Notes under the pieces: generated by a model | Database searches by the model: none | What the model was told of the DNA's origin: nothing | Seen by the model: the letters and a program-made list of their open reading frames with translations, nothing else | Program-made: the position numbers and the translations under genes | Assembly: GCF_963921235.1 (NCBI RefSeq) | Contig: NC_086110.1 | Location: 9,424,001 to 9,488,000, forward strand | Length of the DNA stretch: 64,000 nt | Direction: 5' to 3' | Origin: Mobula hypostoma | Lineage: Eukaryota | Shown: one piece after another, positions 1 to 12,478 of the stretch | How the letters are laid out: every line of letters starts with the position of its first letter | Position numbering within the stretch: the stretch's first letter is position 1

Positions 1-2133
1 TCCTTTGAGAGTGTGTTTGTAACTTCAGGGACCTGCTAGCATTTTAAAACTTGACTTTTCACTGTGCTGTTAATCTTTTAAGTCAAGGGATATTAAACTA
101 TAATTACCAATTTGCAGGAATAAATACACGTAAAACAACTCAGTCGACTAGTTCTTTAATATTCAACTACAAGACACAAGTTATTATGTGGGTGGACTTA
201 TCAGATGTTTAAAGGACATTGAATGTTTCAGGGCAATTTCTGGGTGATTTGATTTTGCCCCTGCTCTCCTCCTGTCCTCTTTTGTCCTCTTGTCTCTTTG
301 AGACTGAATTTCTATATAAACCTGACATTCCATCTTTTCTGTCCTTGAAAATCAACAAAGTTTTAGGAGGGGCTATCACCCACGGCTAGACGTTTCCTCT
401 AGCTCAACCCAGGGTCATCGACTCGAGACCTCAGCTTTGGAATCACACCTTCATTACCTTTTTTTAAGTTATTCGCATTTCTTGGTTCTTATTTGTTCAG
501 GGAGTAGATTGATTAAGTTTTATTCTGCTAATTTCAATGACACATTGACAGATAAATACACATGGCTAAGGACAAAGTAAAATTTCTTTTAATGTCAATG
601 GGCTGTTAAATTCAATCAAACCCAGTAAAATTCTATCCAAATAAAAATAAGAACAAGCCCATGTAGTATATTTACAGGAAACTCACAGGTGATAATGAAC
701 ATGGAAAACTAAAGAGAATGGGCTTCGCTAATTTGTTTTTCTCCTCATATAAATCAGGACATAGGAGAGGGTTGCTATTCTTATCTCAAGCAAGCTAAAT
801 TTTGAAAAAGTATTCGAAATGGGAGATAAGGAGGGCAGATATATTCTGGTAAGGGGCAGCATAGACGGAAATTCAGTTACTTTATTGAATATATATGCAC
901 CCCCAGGAAGTGATATTAGATTCTTTCAGAAAATTACTAATATTATGCTAATGGAAACAGAAGGTCTCCTGATATGAGGGTGAGACTTAAATTTACAATT
1001 ACAACCAAAGTTAGACTCTTCCAATAGAAAAACCTATGAAACAAAATCCTTTTTGAGGATGTTGATCCAATTGATATATGCAGGGACCTTTTCCCAGACA
1101 GAAGAGATTACACTCTTTATTCTGCCCCCCATTCTGTATATACAAGAATAGATTATTTCATAACATTTGGAAAAGACAAAGACAAAATGAACACTTGTGG
1201 AATTGGGACAATAGATGTAAGTGACCATGCACCTATATATTTATCTGTTGATTTTGACCTACAACCAAAACTGAATTTGGAAACTGAATTCAGACCACTC
1301 AATGATCCCTAATTTAATGAACAAGTTAAAAAAGAAATTGGACTTTACTTAGAATTCAATGATAATGGAGAGGTTTCACCTCCCACTCTATGGGATACTC
1401 TTAAGAGGAAAATTATAGCGATATCTTCATATAAGAAAAATATAAGGAATAAAACATTAGAGGAATTACAAAATAGGCTGAAGGAACTAGAAAAACAAGA
1501 AAAATTGAACTTGGCACAGGATACATTAGAGGAAATTTAAAAGAAAATAGGAATGAAATTAATAGTTTGGCTACGCAAGAAATCAGGAAAAATTTAATGT
1601 TTCTGAAACAGAGACTTTATGAAAGTGGATCTAAGTCTATGAAAATACTGGCATGGAATCTGGGAAAAAAAAGATAGTAGAAAATATAATTCATAGAATT
1701 AGGGATCCAAGAACAAAAATGATTAAAAGAAAATAAGCTAAGTGAAATTTAAGAAGCTTTTGAAGTGTCTTACAAAACTCTATATTCCAAAGCTCCAGGG
1801 GAAACCAGAACCCAAATTGACACCTTCCTGAATTCTCCAGAGTTACCCACTTTAAACGAAGAATAAAATAGAATGATGACTGCTGACATAACTGAAGTTG
1901 AACTAAAAGCTGCAATTAGTAGGCTTAAATTAAGCAAGTCACCAGGATCAGATGGGTATACGGCAGAGTGGTACAAAAAATTTTAAAATGAGTTAATTCC
2001 TGCCTTATTCCCCACACTGAACAGGGCTCTAAAAAGTCACAAATGCCATCCAGCTGGAAGGAAGCTATAATCTCAGCTATAGCGAAAGACGGCAAGGATA
2101 AAATGGAACGTGGGTCATTTAGACCAATATCTG
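1..2133 (+). mobile_element. L1-clade LINE, 5' part (end of ORF1 region, then ORF2 endonuclease up to the start of RT), degenerate
   Basis: Broken reading frames encode the APE motifs FNVNGL (~588), LQETH (~672) and SDHAP (~1220), then SPGSDG (~1938) and FRPISV (~2117). Frameshifts and stops are present. Confidence 0.85.
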
Positions 2134-4408
2134 TTCTTTTTTTTTGTAATTTATTTTTTATTGAATTTCATCAAACAAACATTTCCATAAGATGTATTTC
2201 AGATACTGTACATATATATCATATAATCATATTTGTCACAAATCTCCACATAATATTTATCTGAGGTATACACTTATAAAAAAGGAGAGGAAAGAAAGAA
2301 CAATCGAAAGAAGAAAACTACGTACAGAGTTGGGAGTGATTTTTTTTTACAACATATTCATTTACTTGTGAGAATAAAATCAGGCCTATGAGGTGTTTTG
2401 TAGTTAAACCTTTTTTTTCCAGTATGAATAAAATAGTTCCAACTTATGATTAACAGATGCAGCTATCTTCTCCATTTTGTAAATGTCCATTGTAATTTCC
2501 ATTCATACATTTAAAGTTGGGCTCTCCTGTGATAACTATTTCCTGGTAAGGGTCTTTTTACCAGCCACCAGCAGTATATTTATTAAGAAGTTATCTCTTC
2601 TCAACTGTTCTTGAGGTATATACCCAAAATATATGGTCTTACCATCTAAGGGTATTTCACATTTAAAGACGTCTTGTAGGGCATTATGTATCCCACTCCA
2701 ATAGTCTTTGATAACGGGGATTTCACGGAAAATATGATAATGGTTTACATTTTGATTTCCACAATCTCTCCAGCAAACAGGGGGGTTACTATCATAATGG
2801 GATTTCTGAGAGGGTGTAATAAAATATCTTATCAAGTTTTTCCACCCAAACTCCCTCCACTTCTGTGAACTGGTACACTTCCATTGATACCTCCATATTA
2901 TTGTCCAGTCTTCCTCAGATATTATTATCCCTCCTTCCCTCTCCCATTTTGTTTTAATGTGTGAAGTCGAATGTGTTTTAAGATTTGACAAACCCTTATA
3001 CGTGCTTGAAATTATTCTACAAACAACTACCGTTGTCTGAAGTATATGCTTTTCTAAATAGCTCCATCAGACATGTACTTGCCTTGGTTACATTTTTAAT
3101 CATCCTATTAACGTACTGTCACATCTGTAAGTACCAGTAAAAGTCTTTTTTTCTAATAAGTGTTTCTCTTTGAGCATTTCAAAACTGAACAGTGTTCCTT
3201 CTTTCATTATATTGCAAGTAGCTGTTTTCCCTTTAGCTGTCCAGTCCTTAAATCTAGCATCCAGTTTATTTGGCGTAAAATCCAAGTCATATGCACACCA
3301 TTTAAGAATTGCAATGTCTCTCTCTAGTTTATGTTCTTTTATAATAGTTTTCCATATTTTAAGAGTCCATTTCACCCACGGGTTGTCAATATTATTCATG
3401 TAACTTTGTAGGTTGCTATCAGCCAAAATTGCCTGCATGGGGATGGAAAGTATCCTCTCCTCAATGTTTTTCCATTCAGCATCATATGATGGGTTGCACT
3501 GCATATCACAGCACTCAACTGTGCTGCAAAATAATAATCCCTAAGAGAAGTTAGGCCCCAGCCCCTTTCTCTTGGCTAATTTCAAAGTTTTGAGATGAAC
3601 CCTAGGCCTTTTACCTTGCCACATATATCTTGATAGCATCTTGTTCCATTCATTAAGTTGATTTTGGTTAATCTCTATTGGTAGTGTCTGAAAGAGATAT
3701 AGTAGTCTGGGCAATATATTCAGTTTAATAGACCAAGAAAAGGAATTAGGTTCCAGCTTGTTATATCTTCCTCAATTTTTTTATATATAGGCTGATAATT
3801 GCATTCTGATAATTTTGCCAAATCTTTTGGCATAATGATGCCCAAATATTTGATGGACTCTGTTTGCCATGCCCAAGGATATCTACTTTCTATTTCTCTT
3901 GGTGGGCTATAGTTATATGAAAGCATTTGGGTTTTTATCTATGTTGATCTTGTATCCTGATAATCGGCCATATTATTCAAAGGATTGCATCAATTTAGGT
4001 AAAGAGTATGTTGGTTGTCCTAGATAGATCAAAATGTCACCCGCGTAACAGGCCAATTTATTCTGTCCCTTTAATAGTAATTCCCCTGATATCTTCATTT
4101 TGTCTGATGTATTGAGCTAATGGTTCCAGATATAATGTGAAGAGTAGCGCTGACCATGCACAACCCTGTCTCATGCCCCTTTCTAGGGTTAAACTATTAG
4201 ATTAATATCCATTAATTTTAATCCTGGCAGTAGGATTCTCGTATAGTGCCTGTATAGTTTGAATAATTGTGTCATGTAGACCAAGTGTATGTAAAACTCT
4301 GTAAAGAAAATTCAAATTAACCGAATCAAATGCCTTTTTAGCATCCACGCTTATCACTATTGCTTCAATTTTATTTTTTTATATGATCCATAATGTGATC
4401 TCTCTCTC
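2134..4408 (-). mobile_element. L1-clade LINE, RT to 3' end with poly(A), inverted relative to the flanking pieces
   Basis: The minus strand encodes DAKKAFDS near 4330-4350. ORFs 3100-3504 and 2536-2991 are the L1 ORF2 C-terminus with the C-W-x-x-C-x8-H-I-F knuckle. There is an A-rich tail with AATAAA at about 2134-2163. Confidence 0.85.
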
Positions 4409-4444
4409 TTGTCAAAAGTACAGTTCATAGGGGTAATTCAGGAC

Positions 4445-5140
4445 CACATCACAGTTACACCCGCTCAGAAATCCTATTATAATAGTAACCTCCCTGTTTG
4501 CTGGAGAAAATGTGGAAATCAAAATGCAAACCATTATTATATTTTCTGGGAATGCCCTGTTATCGAAGACTATTGGAGTGGGATGCATAATGCCCTACAA
4601 GACATCTTTAAATGTGAAATACCTTAGAAAGTAAGACCATATATTTTGGGTTTATACGTCAAGATATTTGTTGAGGAGAGATAAATATTTAATGAATATA
4701 CTGCTGGTGGCTGGTAAGAAGACTCTTGCCAGGAAATAGTTATCACAGGAGAGCCCAACTTTAAATGCATGGATGGAAATTACAATGGACATTTACAAAA
4801 TGAGAAAGATAACAGCATCTGTTAATCATAAGTTGCAACAATTTGATTCATACTGGGAAAAATGGTTTAACTGCATAACACCTCATAGGTCTGATTTTAT
4901 TCTCACAAATCAATTAATATGTTGTAAAAAAAAGACCACTCCCTACTTATACAGTTTTCTCCTTTTACTTGTCTTTCCTTTCCTCTCTTTTCTATAAGTG
5001 TATATCCCAGATAAATATTATGTGATTTGTGGCATATATGACTATATTATATATATGTACAATATGGGAAATCCATCTTATGGGAATGCTTGTTTGATGA
5101 TGAATTTCAATAAAAAAAATTACCAAAAAGAATAAAAAAG
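4445..5140 (+). mobile_element. L1-clade LINE 3' end (zinc knuckle, 3' UTR, A-rich tail)
   Basis: ORFs 4409-4627 (CWRKCGNQNANHYYIFWEC) and 4773-4997. The segment mirrors 2134-2830 and ends in AATAAA plus A-runs. Confidence 0.8.
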
Positions 5141-6007
5141 AAAATGAACAAATTTTGCCTCTTATCCTTTACTGAATCCACGACCTTCATCCTGTTAAAT
5201 ATTGCTTTATGCTGTATGTCCTAAAATTCTTAAATCTCCACCATAAGTCTACTTCCAGGAAGCTTGAATTTCTGTTTACTGCCAATTCCTTTAAAAACAC
5301 GGATTCTTAGATTTAAGTTAAGATTTTAATAACCTACATACTATTTCCTCTATATATTCATTTCCATAAAAGTGGGTGTCACTGTAAAGCGCAGCATCTG
5401 TTGCCCATCCCAATAAATGCATAAAGAGCTCCTGTAATCACTCTCGTATTGAAACATAGTAACTTAATGCCTCTGATTTCCAATTCCCTTATTTTGATAA
5501 TTTTAATTTTATAGAATCTGGAACAGATCTAAGAGAATAACAGGAATTACAGTTTAAAAGTACTTTTGTTACAGAGCATTTTCATTCATTTTGAGTGGTT
5601 TTTGAATAAGTGCAACAGTGCCTGACCTGATGCAGGGTGTCAGCCTGAAACACCGACTCTTTATAATATGCCATTGTAACAGGAAAGAGATTCTAACACA
5701 AGATCTTGTATTACAACTGACTGTAAAGGAGTACTCAATGTCAGTCATTTGTGATTTTGAATTGTGTTTTCATTGTTCTCTCAAGTGAATCCAAATAATT
5801 GATATAACATTTTAACAGAAACAGCTTAATTCCCCTCTAATCCTTCATCAATGTTTATCCCACATTCAAAATGATTGAAAGCCACTATCAGATTAGGTCA
5901 CCTAATTTACATGTATTTATTTTGTTGTTCATGGAACAGTGGCATGAGTACAATAATTGATTCTCAAAGAGTAGCAGGAAATAAATTTTAAAGTACTTTA
6001 GTTGCAG

Positions 6008-6113
6008 AGAACTACCATTCAGTTTGAATGGTTTTCACTAACTGACAAAGAAGCTCAGGTTTGGACTTCCGACATTCTATTCTGGAGAACACAGAAAAAT
6101 TGCATCACCTTTT
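6008..6113 (+). CDS. candidate internal exon of an unidentified gene (RTTIQFEWFSLTDKEAQVWTSDILFWRTQKNCITF)
   Basis: Non-repetitive sequence with acceptor ttgcag|, an open frame and donor |gtatgt in phase 1, compatible with the next candidate exon. No homology could be established. Confidence 0.35.
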
Positions 6114-6448
6114 GTATGTTTCATTCTAAGTCCCCTTCTCCATGCGTAACAGTAGCCAAACTTCTAATTCCTGATCACACTATAACTAAGTACTTCACAC
6201 AGACAACTTCATAATTAACAATGTCAGAACTGGGAATTTTGCCTGATATCCTCAGTCTTTAGTAGTCCCTGGACACGAGGACAATTTTAGTAGTCCTATA
6301 ATCATCTTAATGATGCTGCAACATATATTAGATGGATCAAAATGTTTGGTAGTACCAGCACACTATATAATGAATTTTAAAATATCTGAAGTGTTTCTGC
6401 AATTCCTATTTATCAATGAAAATTTTGTCCATTGTATTTTACTTGCAG

Positions 6449-6648
6449 CTCACAAGGTTCAAACGAAGTCCTGTTCACGGTGTAGTGAACCAATAATAGC
6501 AAAGTCTAAAGAAAGAAAGAAACAGGATCCAGGAAAAAAGAGCATAGAGATGACACCAAGGAACCCAAGTAGAACAGAAAATGCTACAAATGCCTCGGCA
6601 AAGGTCAAGAAACATCACAAAAAAAGAAGTGAACCAATGAGTATCTGA
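6449..6648 (+). CDS. candidate terminal exon of the same unidentified gene (Lys-rich, HKVQTKSCSRCSEP...KKRSEPMSI*)
   Basis: Acceptor tattttacttgcag|, phase-1 open frame to TGA at 6648, and overlapping ATTAAA/AATAAA at 6653-6662. Confidence 0.4.
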
Positions 6649-6829
6649 TCTCATTAAATAAAACAAATGAATTTTATAGTACCTATGGCTTAGGTAATGC
6701 CATCAATGCTTATATTACAATAGAGTGTCATCAAAATACTTGATGTTTAAAAGACATTAATTACTGCATTTTATTATACTTAATCTCTCACTGAAATATT
6801 GATAAAATAGTCAAAGTCAATGTGGTTTT

Positions 6830-7130
6830 GTTAATGGGAAATCTTACCTGACAAACCTTTTGGAATAATTTGAGGAAGTAACAGGCAGGGATGTTGTTTT
6901 CTTGGACTTTCAAAAGGGCTTTGACAAGGTGCCACACATGTGCCACTCACTATATATGAGCCTATGCTTTTAATGGTGTTAGCATGGATACAAGATTGGC
7001 TGACTAGCAAGAGGCAAAGTATGGGAATATGGAAGCCTTTTCTGGTTGGCTGACAGTGGCTAGTGGTGTTCCGCAGAGATAATTTGGGACACTGTGAAGA
7101 ATTCCTAATTTTCTTTGGACACCGTGAATT
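6830..7130 (+). mobile_element. CR1 LINE RT fragment, old
   Basis: Degenerate GKSxLTNLL / LDFxKxFDKVPH / SGVPQ motifs. Confidence 0.7.
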
Positions 7131-8394
7131 GCATTTGATTGCTTATTTAAAATGTACTCATAATTCAGAACTGATAGGTAAGCGGGGTATATGATCAGCA
7201 TTCATAGAAAATGCTATAGATGTTTAACAGGCTGACAGGATCTGTGGAAAGAGAAACAGCTAACATTTCAGTTTGAAGATCCTTCATCAGAACTGGATAA
7301 ATGAGAAAATAAATTAGTTTCAATTTGTGGAGATGATTGGGTGAGACAGGATTTGTTGTGCAGTTTACAAACCTGTATTTGTTTGATTAATGACTGAAGC
7401 TATAGCGAGAGAGGGAGTGCAGATGAAATGAAAGGACATGTATATTATGAAATGCGTGTCAAGTCTATGCTGGAAAGAAGTGAAGCCAAAAGGAGAAAGT
7501 TGGAAAACGCCAGCAGATCATTCACTATTTGTGGGGAGAGGAAAATCTCCATTCATATTAGAGATAGATAAACTTATACCACATTAAATCTATTCCAGAT
7601 TCATTTGATTGATGTTTGAGACTCAGATTTCCAGGAGTTTGGTAAAATAGTGAGAATGCTTTGGGGCTTGTATCTACTCTATTCTAAAAGGTAGCAAAGT
7701 CAAAAAAAAAACATCTGCCATACACTACCAGCGGCTGTGAAGGCCACAACTACCCTCAGTATTGATGTGACATTACTTTCCGTAGTTAATAGCAGAGAAT
7801 ATTTCTATATTTTGGTTTTATGTTTTCTTGTATTTTGCTGAATTACAATTACATCATCGCACACTAACTGTTGTAGGCCAGCAGAGAGACAGGAGAGAGT
7901 GAATTAGCCCCATTAGCAAACTCTTTTGGTCAACAGGAAATAATTGATTTTTTTTAATACCTTTGTGTATGAGGGATTGCTGCTTGCTGCCTATTTATTT
8001 TATATCTACTGTACATTACATATGCTTTGTTTAAATAGCTAACGTTAATATAATGCTATTACTCTGTTAATTAATCTGATTAATTAATCTGTTTATGGTT
8101 CAGAGCTGTTCTGTCTGTTTCCCTGTGAAAGCTATAAATATAGATAATCTGCATAATAGCATAAATGTCAAGAAACAAATAATGTTTAATTTTACTTTAA
8201 ATAAAATTAAAATTTTCTTTGTAAAGCTAAAACTCTGAATCTGTAATTAAAGAGTAATTGACACTTTGATATACCTCAAAACAAAGATGGATTTCTTAGA
8301 GATTAAAGCATATGCAGTATCATTGCATTCAGTCAATAAAGTAGTGCTTGTAGAGAGTTCTATGAATTCATGAAAGTTCATTATTTCAGTCTGT

Positions 8395-8720
8395 ATATGA
8401 CGAAATCAGGAATAGGAGCAAGGACAGGCCACTTAGCCCCTCAAGTCTGTGCCACCATCCATTATGATTAAAGACTATGGCATCTTCACTTCTATGCTAC
8501 TTCCCCACAATTCCTGGGTTTTTCAAGAATTCATTAGACACATCAATGACCTAATTCCAGAGATTTACAGCCCTCCGTGAGAAGAGGTTTGACTGTTTCT
8601 CACATAAATAGCTTCTTTCTAATCTTAAAAACATATCTCTTGTTCATGTCTGTCCCATGAGTGGAAATACCTTGTTATCTAGCCTATCATTCTTGCTAAG
8701 TATCTTTGGAGAACTTCTCT
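8395..8720 (-). mobile_element. CR1-type LINE 3' end fragment, old
   Basis: Resembles the CR1 3' tails at 28670 and 29750 (aggaataggagca...ggccacttagcccctcaagtctg). Confidence 0.5.
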
Positions 8721-9073
8721 TACAGTCTGAAAAATACCCATTCCTTTGCTGAGGCCAACATCTGACCAACACCAATTACAGTGGTTATACACACTGGTTT
8801 GATATTCCCAACTAAATATGTATGATTGGTTTCAATTTGGCCTTTTAAACTAAGACCAAAAGCAATAACTAACAGTAACACGAAGTATTCATTGTATTAA
8901 GTAAAACTTTCAATATGTTGTTTGCCTCGAAATGCAGTTAATGAATGTATCTCCCAGTTCAAAATCCCACACCTGTCAATCTTTTCCTCCTTTCCTTAAG
9001 AAACTGACACATTTCACAGGGGAATATTTCACATTATGTCACAATGTTTCACTTGTTGGTTATTTCCTTTAAG

Positions 9074-9597
9074 CCCATATGAATGGCAAAGAAACGTACC
9101 TAAGTAATGATGTGCAGAGAAATGAGACCATGTTTTCATATTTTGAAGAATGTACTAAAATAAAATTAAAAGATGTGACTATACCCCTTGCCCATCCTCT
9201 GGTTCCCCCCCCCACCCCTTGTCTTTCTCCCCGGACCCCCTGTCCCATGATCCTCTCATATCCCCTTTGCCAATCACCTGTCCAGCTCTTGGCTCCATCC
9301 CTCCCCCTCCTGTCTTCTCCTATCATTTTGGATCTCCCCCTCCCCCTACCACTTTCAAATCTCTTACTAACTCTTCCTTCAGTTAGTCCTGACGAAGGGT
9401 CTCGGCCTGAAACGTCGACTGTACCTCTTCCTAGAGATGCTGCCTGGCCTGCTGCGTTCACCAGCAACTTTGATGTGTGTTGCTTAAAAGATGTGTTGGT
9501 CTCTTGTCTGAAATTGGTAGAACAATGTATTGATACATTCCAGTCTGGAGAACTACAGTCATTTATGGCATCTATTTTGAATAAAGAAAATAGCTAA
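9074..9597 (+). CDS. candidate exon interrupted in frame by a Penelope tail
   Basis: Acceptor gttatttcctttaag| precedes ORF 9079-9597. Removing the insertion plus one TSD (318 bp) leaves an open unique frame, MNGKETY...KLKDVLVSCLKLVEQC...NKENS*. Confidence 0.25.
9178..9483 (+). mobile_element. Penelope-like element 3' tail with 12-bp TSD
   Basis: Near-identical to the tail of the GIY-YIG element at 49597-50897. TSD TTAAAAGATGTG at 9166-9177 and 9484-9495. Confidence 0.9.
9385..9420 (+). ncRNA. minimal type I hammerhead ribozyme motif in Penelope tail
   Basis: AGUC-CUGACGA-AGGGUCUCGGCCU-GAAA-C-GUC-GACU. The core boxes CUGAnGA and GAAA are intact, stem I is AGUC/GACU, stem II is a hairpin, helix III is the palindrome ACGU, and the GUC cleavage triplet is at 9414-9416. 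Confidence 0.75.
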
Positions 9598-11099
9598 ATA
9601 TCTTCAACTTGGTATTGTTAATATCCCTGTCCACCCACTAGCAGCACTTCCCCAGTGATGTTCACATCTAATAGGTAATTGCCAACAGGGGAAAAATCTC
9701 CAACACCAGTGCAGCTGACCTTAAATCAGTTGTAGTTTTTTAAATATCAAAAGTAACTGGCCTTGTGTGGAAATAACTAATTCATGTCTCCAGCTCCACA
9801 CCATCATGTTTCACTCTCAATAGTCTTTGATAAGTGATTTATGTAGCTATACAGTTCTAACAGTTATTGTAATAAATTCTGACAGTTTACAAAGGCACAA
9901 CAACACATTATTGGGATAACTAGGCATGTGCAATAAATGCTGGCCTTGATAGACATGGGTGATAACTGTAAAAATGCACACAAGTTCAAAGAGTCTTAGA
10001 GAAGTACAGCAGAGAAAGAGGCCCTTTGACCCATCTAGTACCTGCTTAAAGAATTTAAGCTGCCTACTACTACCGACCTGCACCAGGACCATAACCCTCC
10101 ATATCCCTACTATCCATGTACCTATCCAAACATCTCTTAAACATTGAAGTCAAGCTCCCATGCACCACTTGTGTCAGCAGCTCAATCCACACTCTTGTTA
10201 CCCTCTGACTGAAGAAGTTTCTCCTCATGTTCCCCTTAAACTTTTCACCTTTCCCCCTCAACCCATGATCTCTGGTTGTAGTCCCACCCAACCTCAGTGA
10301 AAAGCTTGCTTGCAATGACCCTATCTAAACCCCTCATAATTTTGTATACCTCTATCATATCTCCCTTCAAGTTTCTATGTTGCAAAGAATGCAGTCCTAG
10401 CCCTATTCAATCTTTCCTTACAACTCAGGTCCTCCAGGACCTGAATATCCTTGTCAATTTTTCTGTACTCCTTCAGCCGTGTTTACATCTTTCCTGTAGG
10501 TAGGTGTCCAAAGCTGCACACAGTACTCCAAATTAGGCCTTCAACACAGCCTCCCATCTCCAATACCAAATACATTGATTTATGAAGGCCAATGTGCCGA
10601 AAGCTTTGTTTACAACCTTATGTAGCTGTGACACCATTTTCAACAAAATATTAACCTGTATTCCCAGATCCCTTTGTTCTGCCACACTCCTCAGAGCCCT
10701 ACCGTTCACTGTGTAAGACCTTCCCTGGTTGGTCCTACCAAAGTTCAAAACCTCACTCTTGTCTGCATTAAATTCCATCTGACATTTTTCAGTGTATTTT
10801 TCCAGTTGGTGCAAATCCCTCTGCAAGCTATGATAACCTTCCTTACTGTCCACAACACCTCCAATCTTGGCGTCATCTGCAAAGTTGATAATCATATTAT
10901 CATTTAGATTATTGACTTAGATGATAACAAAGGACCCAGCAGAGATCCTTGAGGCACACCATGAGTAACAGGCCCCAGTCAGAGAAGCAACCCTTCACTA
11001 CCACTCTCTGGCTTCTCCCACAAAGAAAATTTACTACCTTATCCTGAGTGCCAAGCAACTGAGCTTTCCTGACAAGTGGGAACTTGTCAAGCGCCATAC

Positions 11100-11403
11100 T
11101 ATATAGGCATCCATTAGTCTTGTGAGACCATGGATTTGCGCGTTGGAAGGTAGGGCACGGGCCTGGGCAAGGTTGTATGGAAGACCAGCAGTTGCCCATA
11201 CTGCAAGTCTCCCCTCTCCATGCCACCGATGTTGTCCAAGGGAAGGGCATTAGGACCTGTACAGCTTGGCATTGGTGTCATCACAGAGCAATGTGTGGTT
11301 AAGTGCCTTGCTCAAGGACACAGCATGCTCCCTCAGCCAAGCCTCGAGCTAGCGACCTTCAGATCATTAGACGAACACCTTAACCACTTGACCACGCGCC
11401 AAC
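11100..11403 (-). mobile_element. tRNA-derived SINE
   Basis: The minus strand starts with a tRNA-like head (TGGTCAAGTGG A box, GCTCGAG B-like box) followed by a GTGTCCTTGAGCAAGGCACTTAAC core shared with the SINE at 21130. It has an imperfect TSD, caagcgccatac / caaacgccttac. Confidence 0.8.
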
Positions 11404-11574
11404 ACAAACGCCTTACGAAAGCCCTTGTATACACCATCCACTGCCTTGCCATCATTCTCTTTCCCGGTAACTTCCTTCAAATGCTCATTAGGATTGGTTT
11501 GATATGACCTACTGCACACAAAGCCATGCTGACTAACCTTAATCAGTTCATGTCTATCAGAATACTTATATATC

Positions 11575-12478
11575 AACAAACAGGAGAAAATCTGAAGATG
11601 CTGGAAATCCAAGTAACATACAGAAAATGCTCGAGACACTCGGTAGGCCAGGCAACATCTACGGAAAAGAGTACAGTCACCATTTCAGGCCGAGAACCTT
11701 CAACAGAGGAAAAAAGATATGGAGTCAGAATAAGAGGATGGGGGGATGGTAAAGGGCAACACAAGGTGATAAGTCAAACTGTGGGAAGGGAGGGGTAAAG
11801 TAAAAAGTTGGGAAGTTGATTGGTGAAAGAGATGCAGGGCTGGAGAAGGGGAAATCGAATAGGAAAGAATAGAAGGTGGTAGACTACCCTGATGGAATAT
11901 AAAGTGTTGCTCCTCCAACCTGAGCATGTTCCCATTTCTCTCCCAGTGCCCACCAATTTTAATTCCACTTCCCATTCCCATTCTGACATGTCCATCCATG
12001 GCCTCCTCTACTGTCGCAATGAAACCGCACTCAGGTTGGAGGAGCAACACCTTATACTCTGCCTGGGTAGCCTCTAAACTGATGGCATGAATATCAATTT
12101 CTCGAATTTCCAGTGATGATCCCCTCTTCTCTATTCCCCATTATTATTTCCCTCTCTCACCTTACCTGTCTACTGCCTCCCTCTGGTGCTCCCCTCTCTT
12201 TTTTTTTCTTGCTATTAGATTCTTATTAGAATCCTAATAGATTCCCCCTACTCCATCCCTGTATAGCTTTCATCAATCAACTTTACAACTATTTACTTCA
12301 CCACTCCCCACCTCCCAGTTTCACCTATCACCCCGTGTTTTTCCCTCTCCTCCCCACCCCCTTACTCCTGTTCTTTTTCTCCAGTCCTTCTGAAGGGTCT
12401 TGGCCCGCAACATTGACTTTGCACTTTTCCATAGATGCTGCCTGGCCTGCTGAGTTCCTCCTGCATTTTGTGTGTGTT
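11575..12478. mobile_element. Penelope-like element with inverted 5' tail (fold-back)
   Basis: A minus-oriented tail (11575 to ~11925) is joined to a plus-oriented GIY-YIG C-terminus (LRLEEQHL) plus tail. TSD ACTTATATA[T/C]C at 11564-11574 and 12479-12489. Confidence 0.8.
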
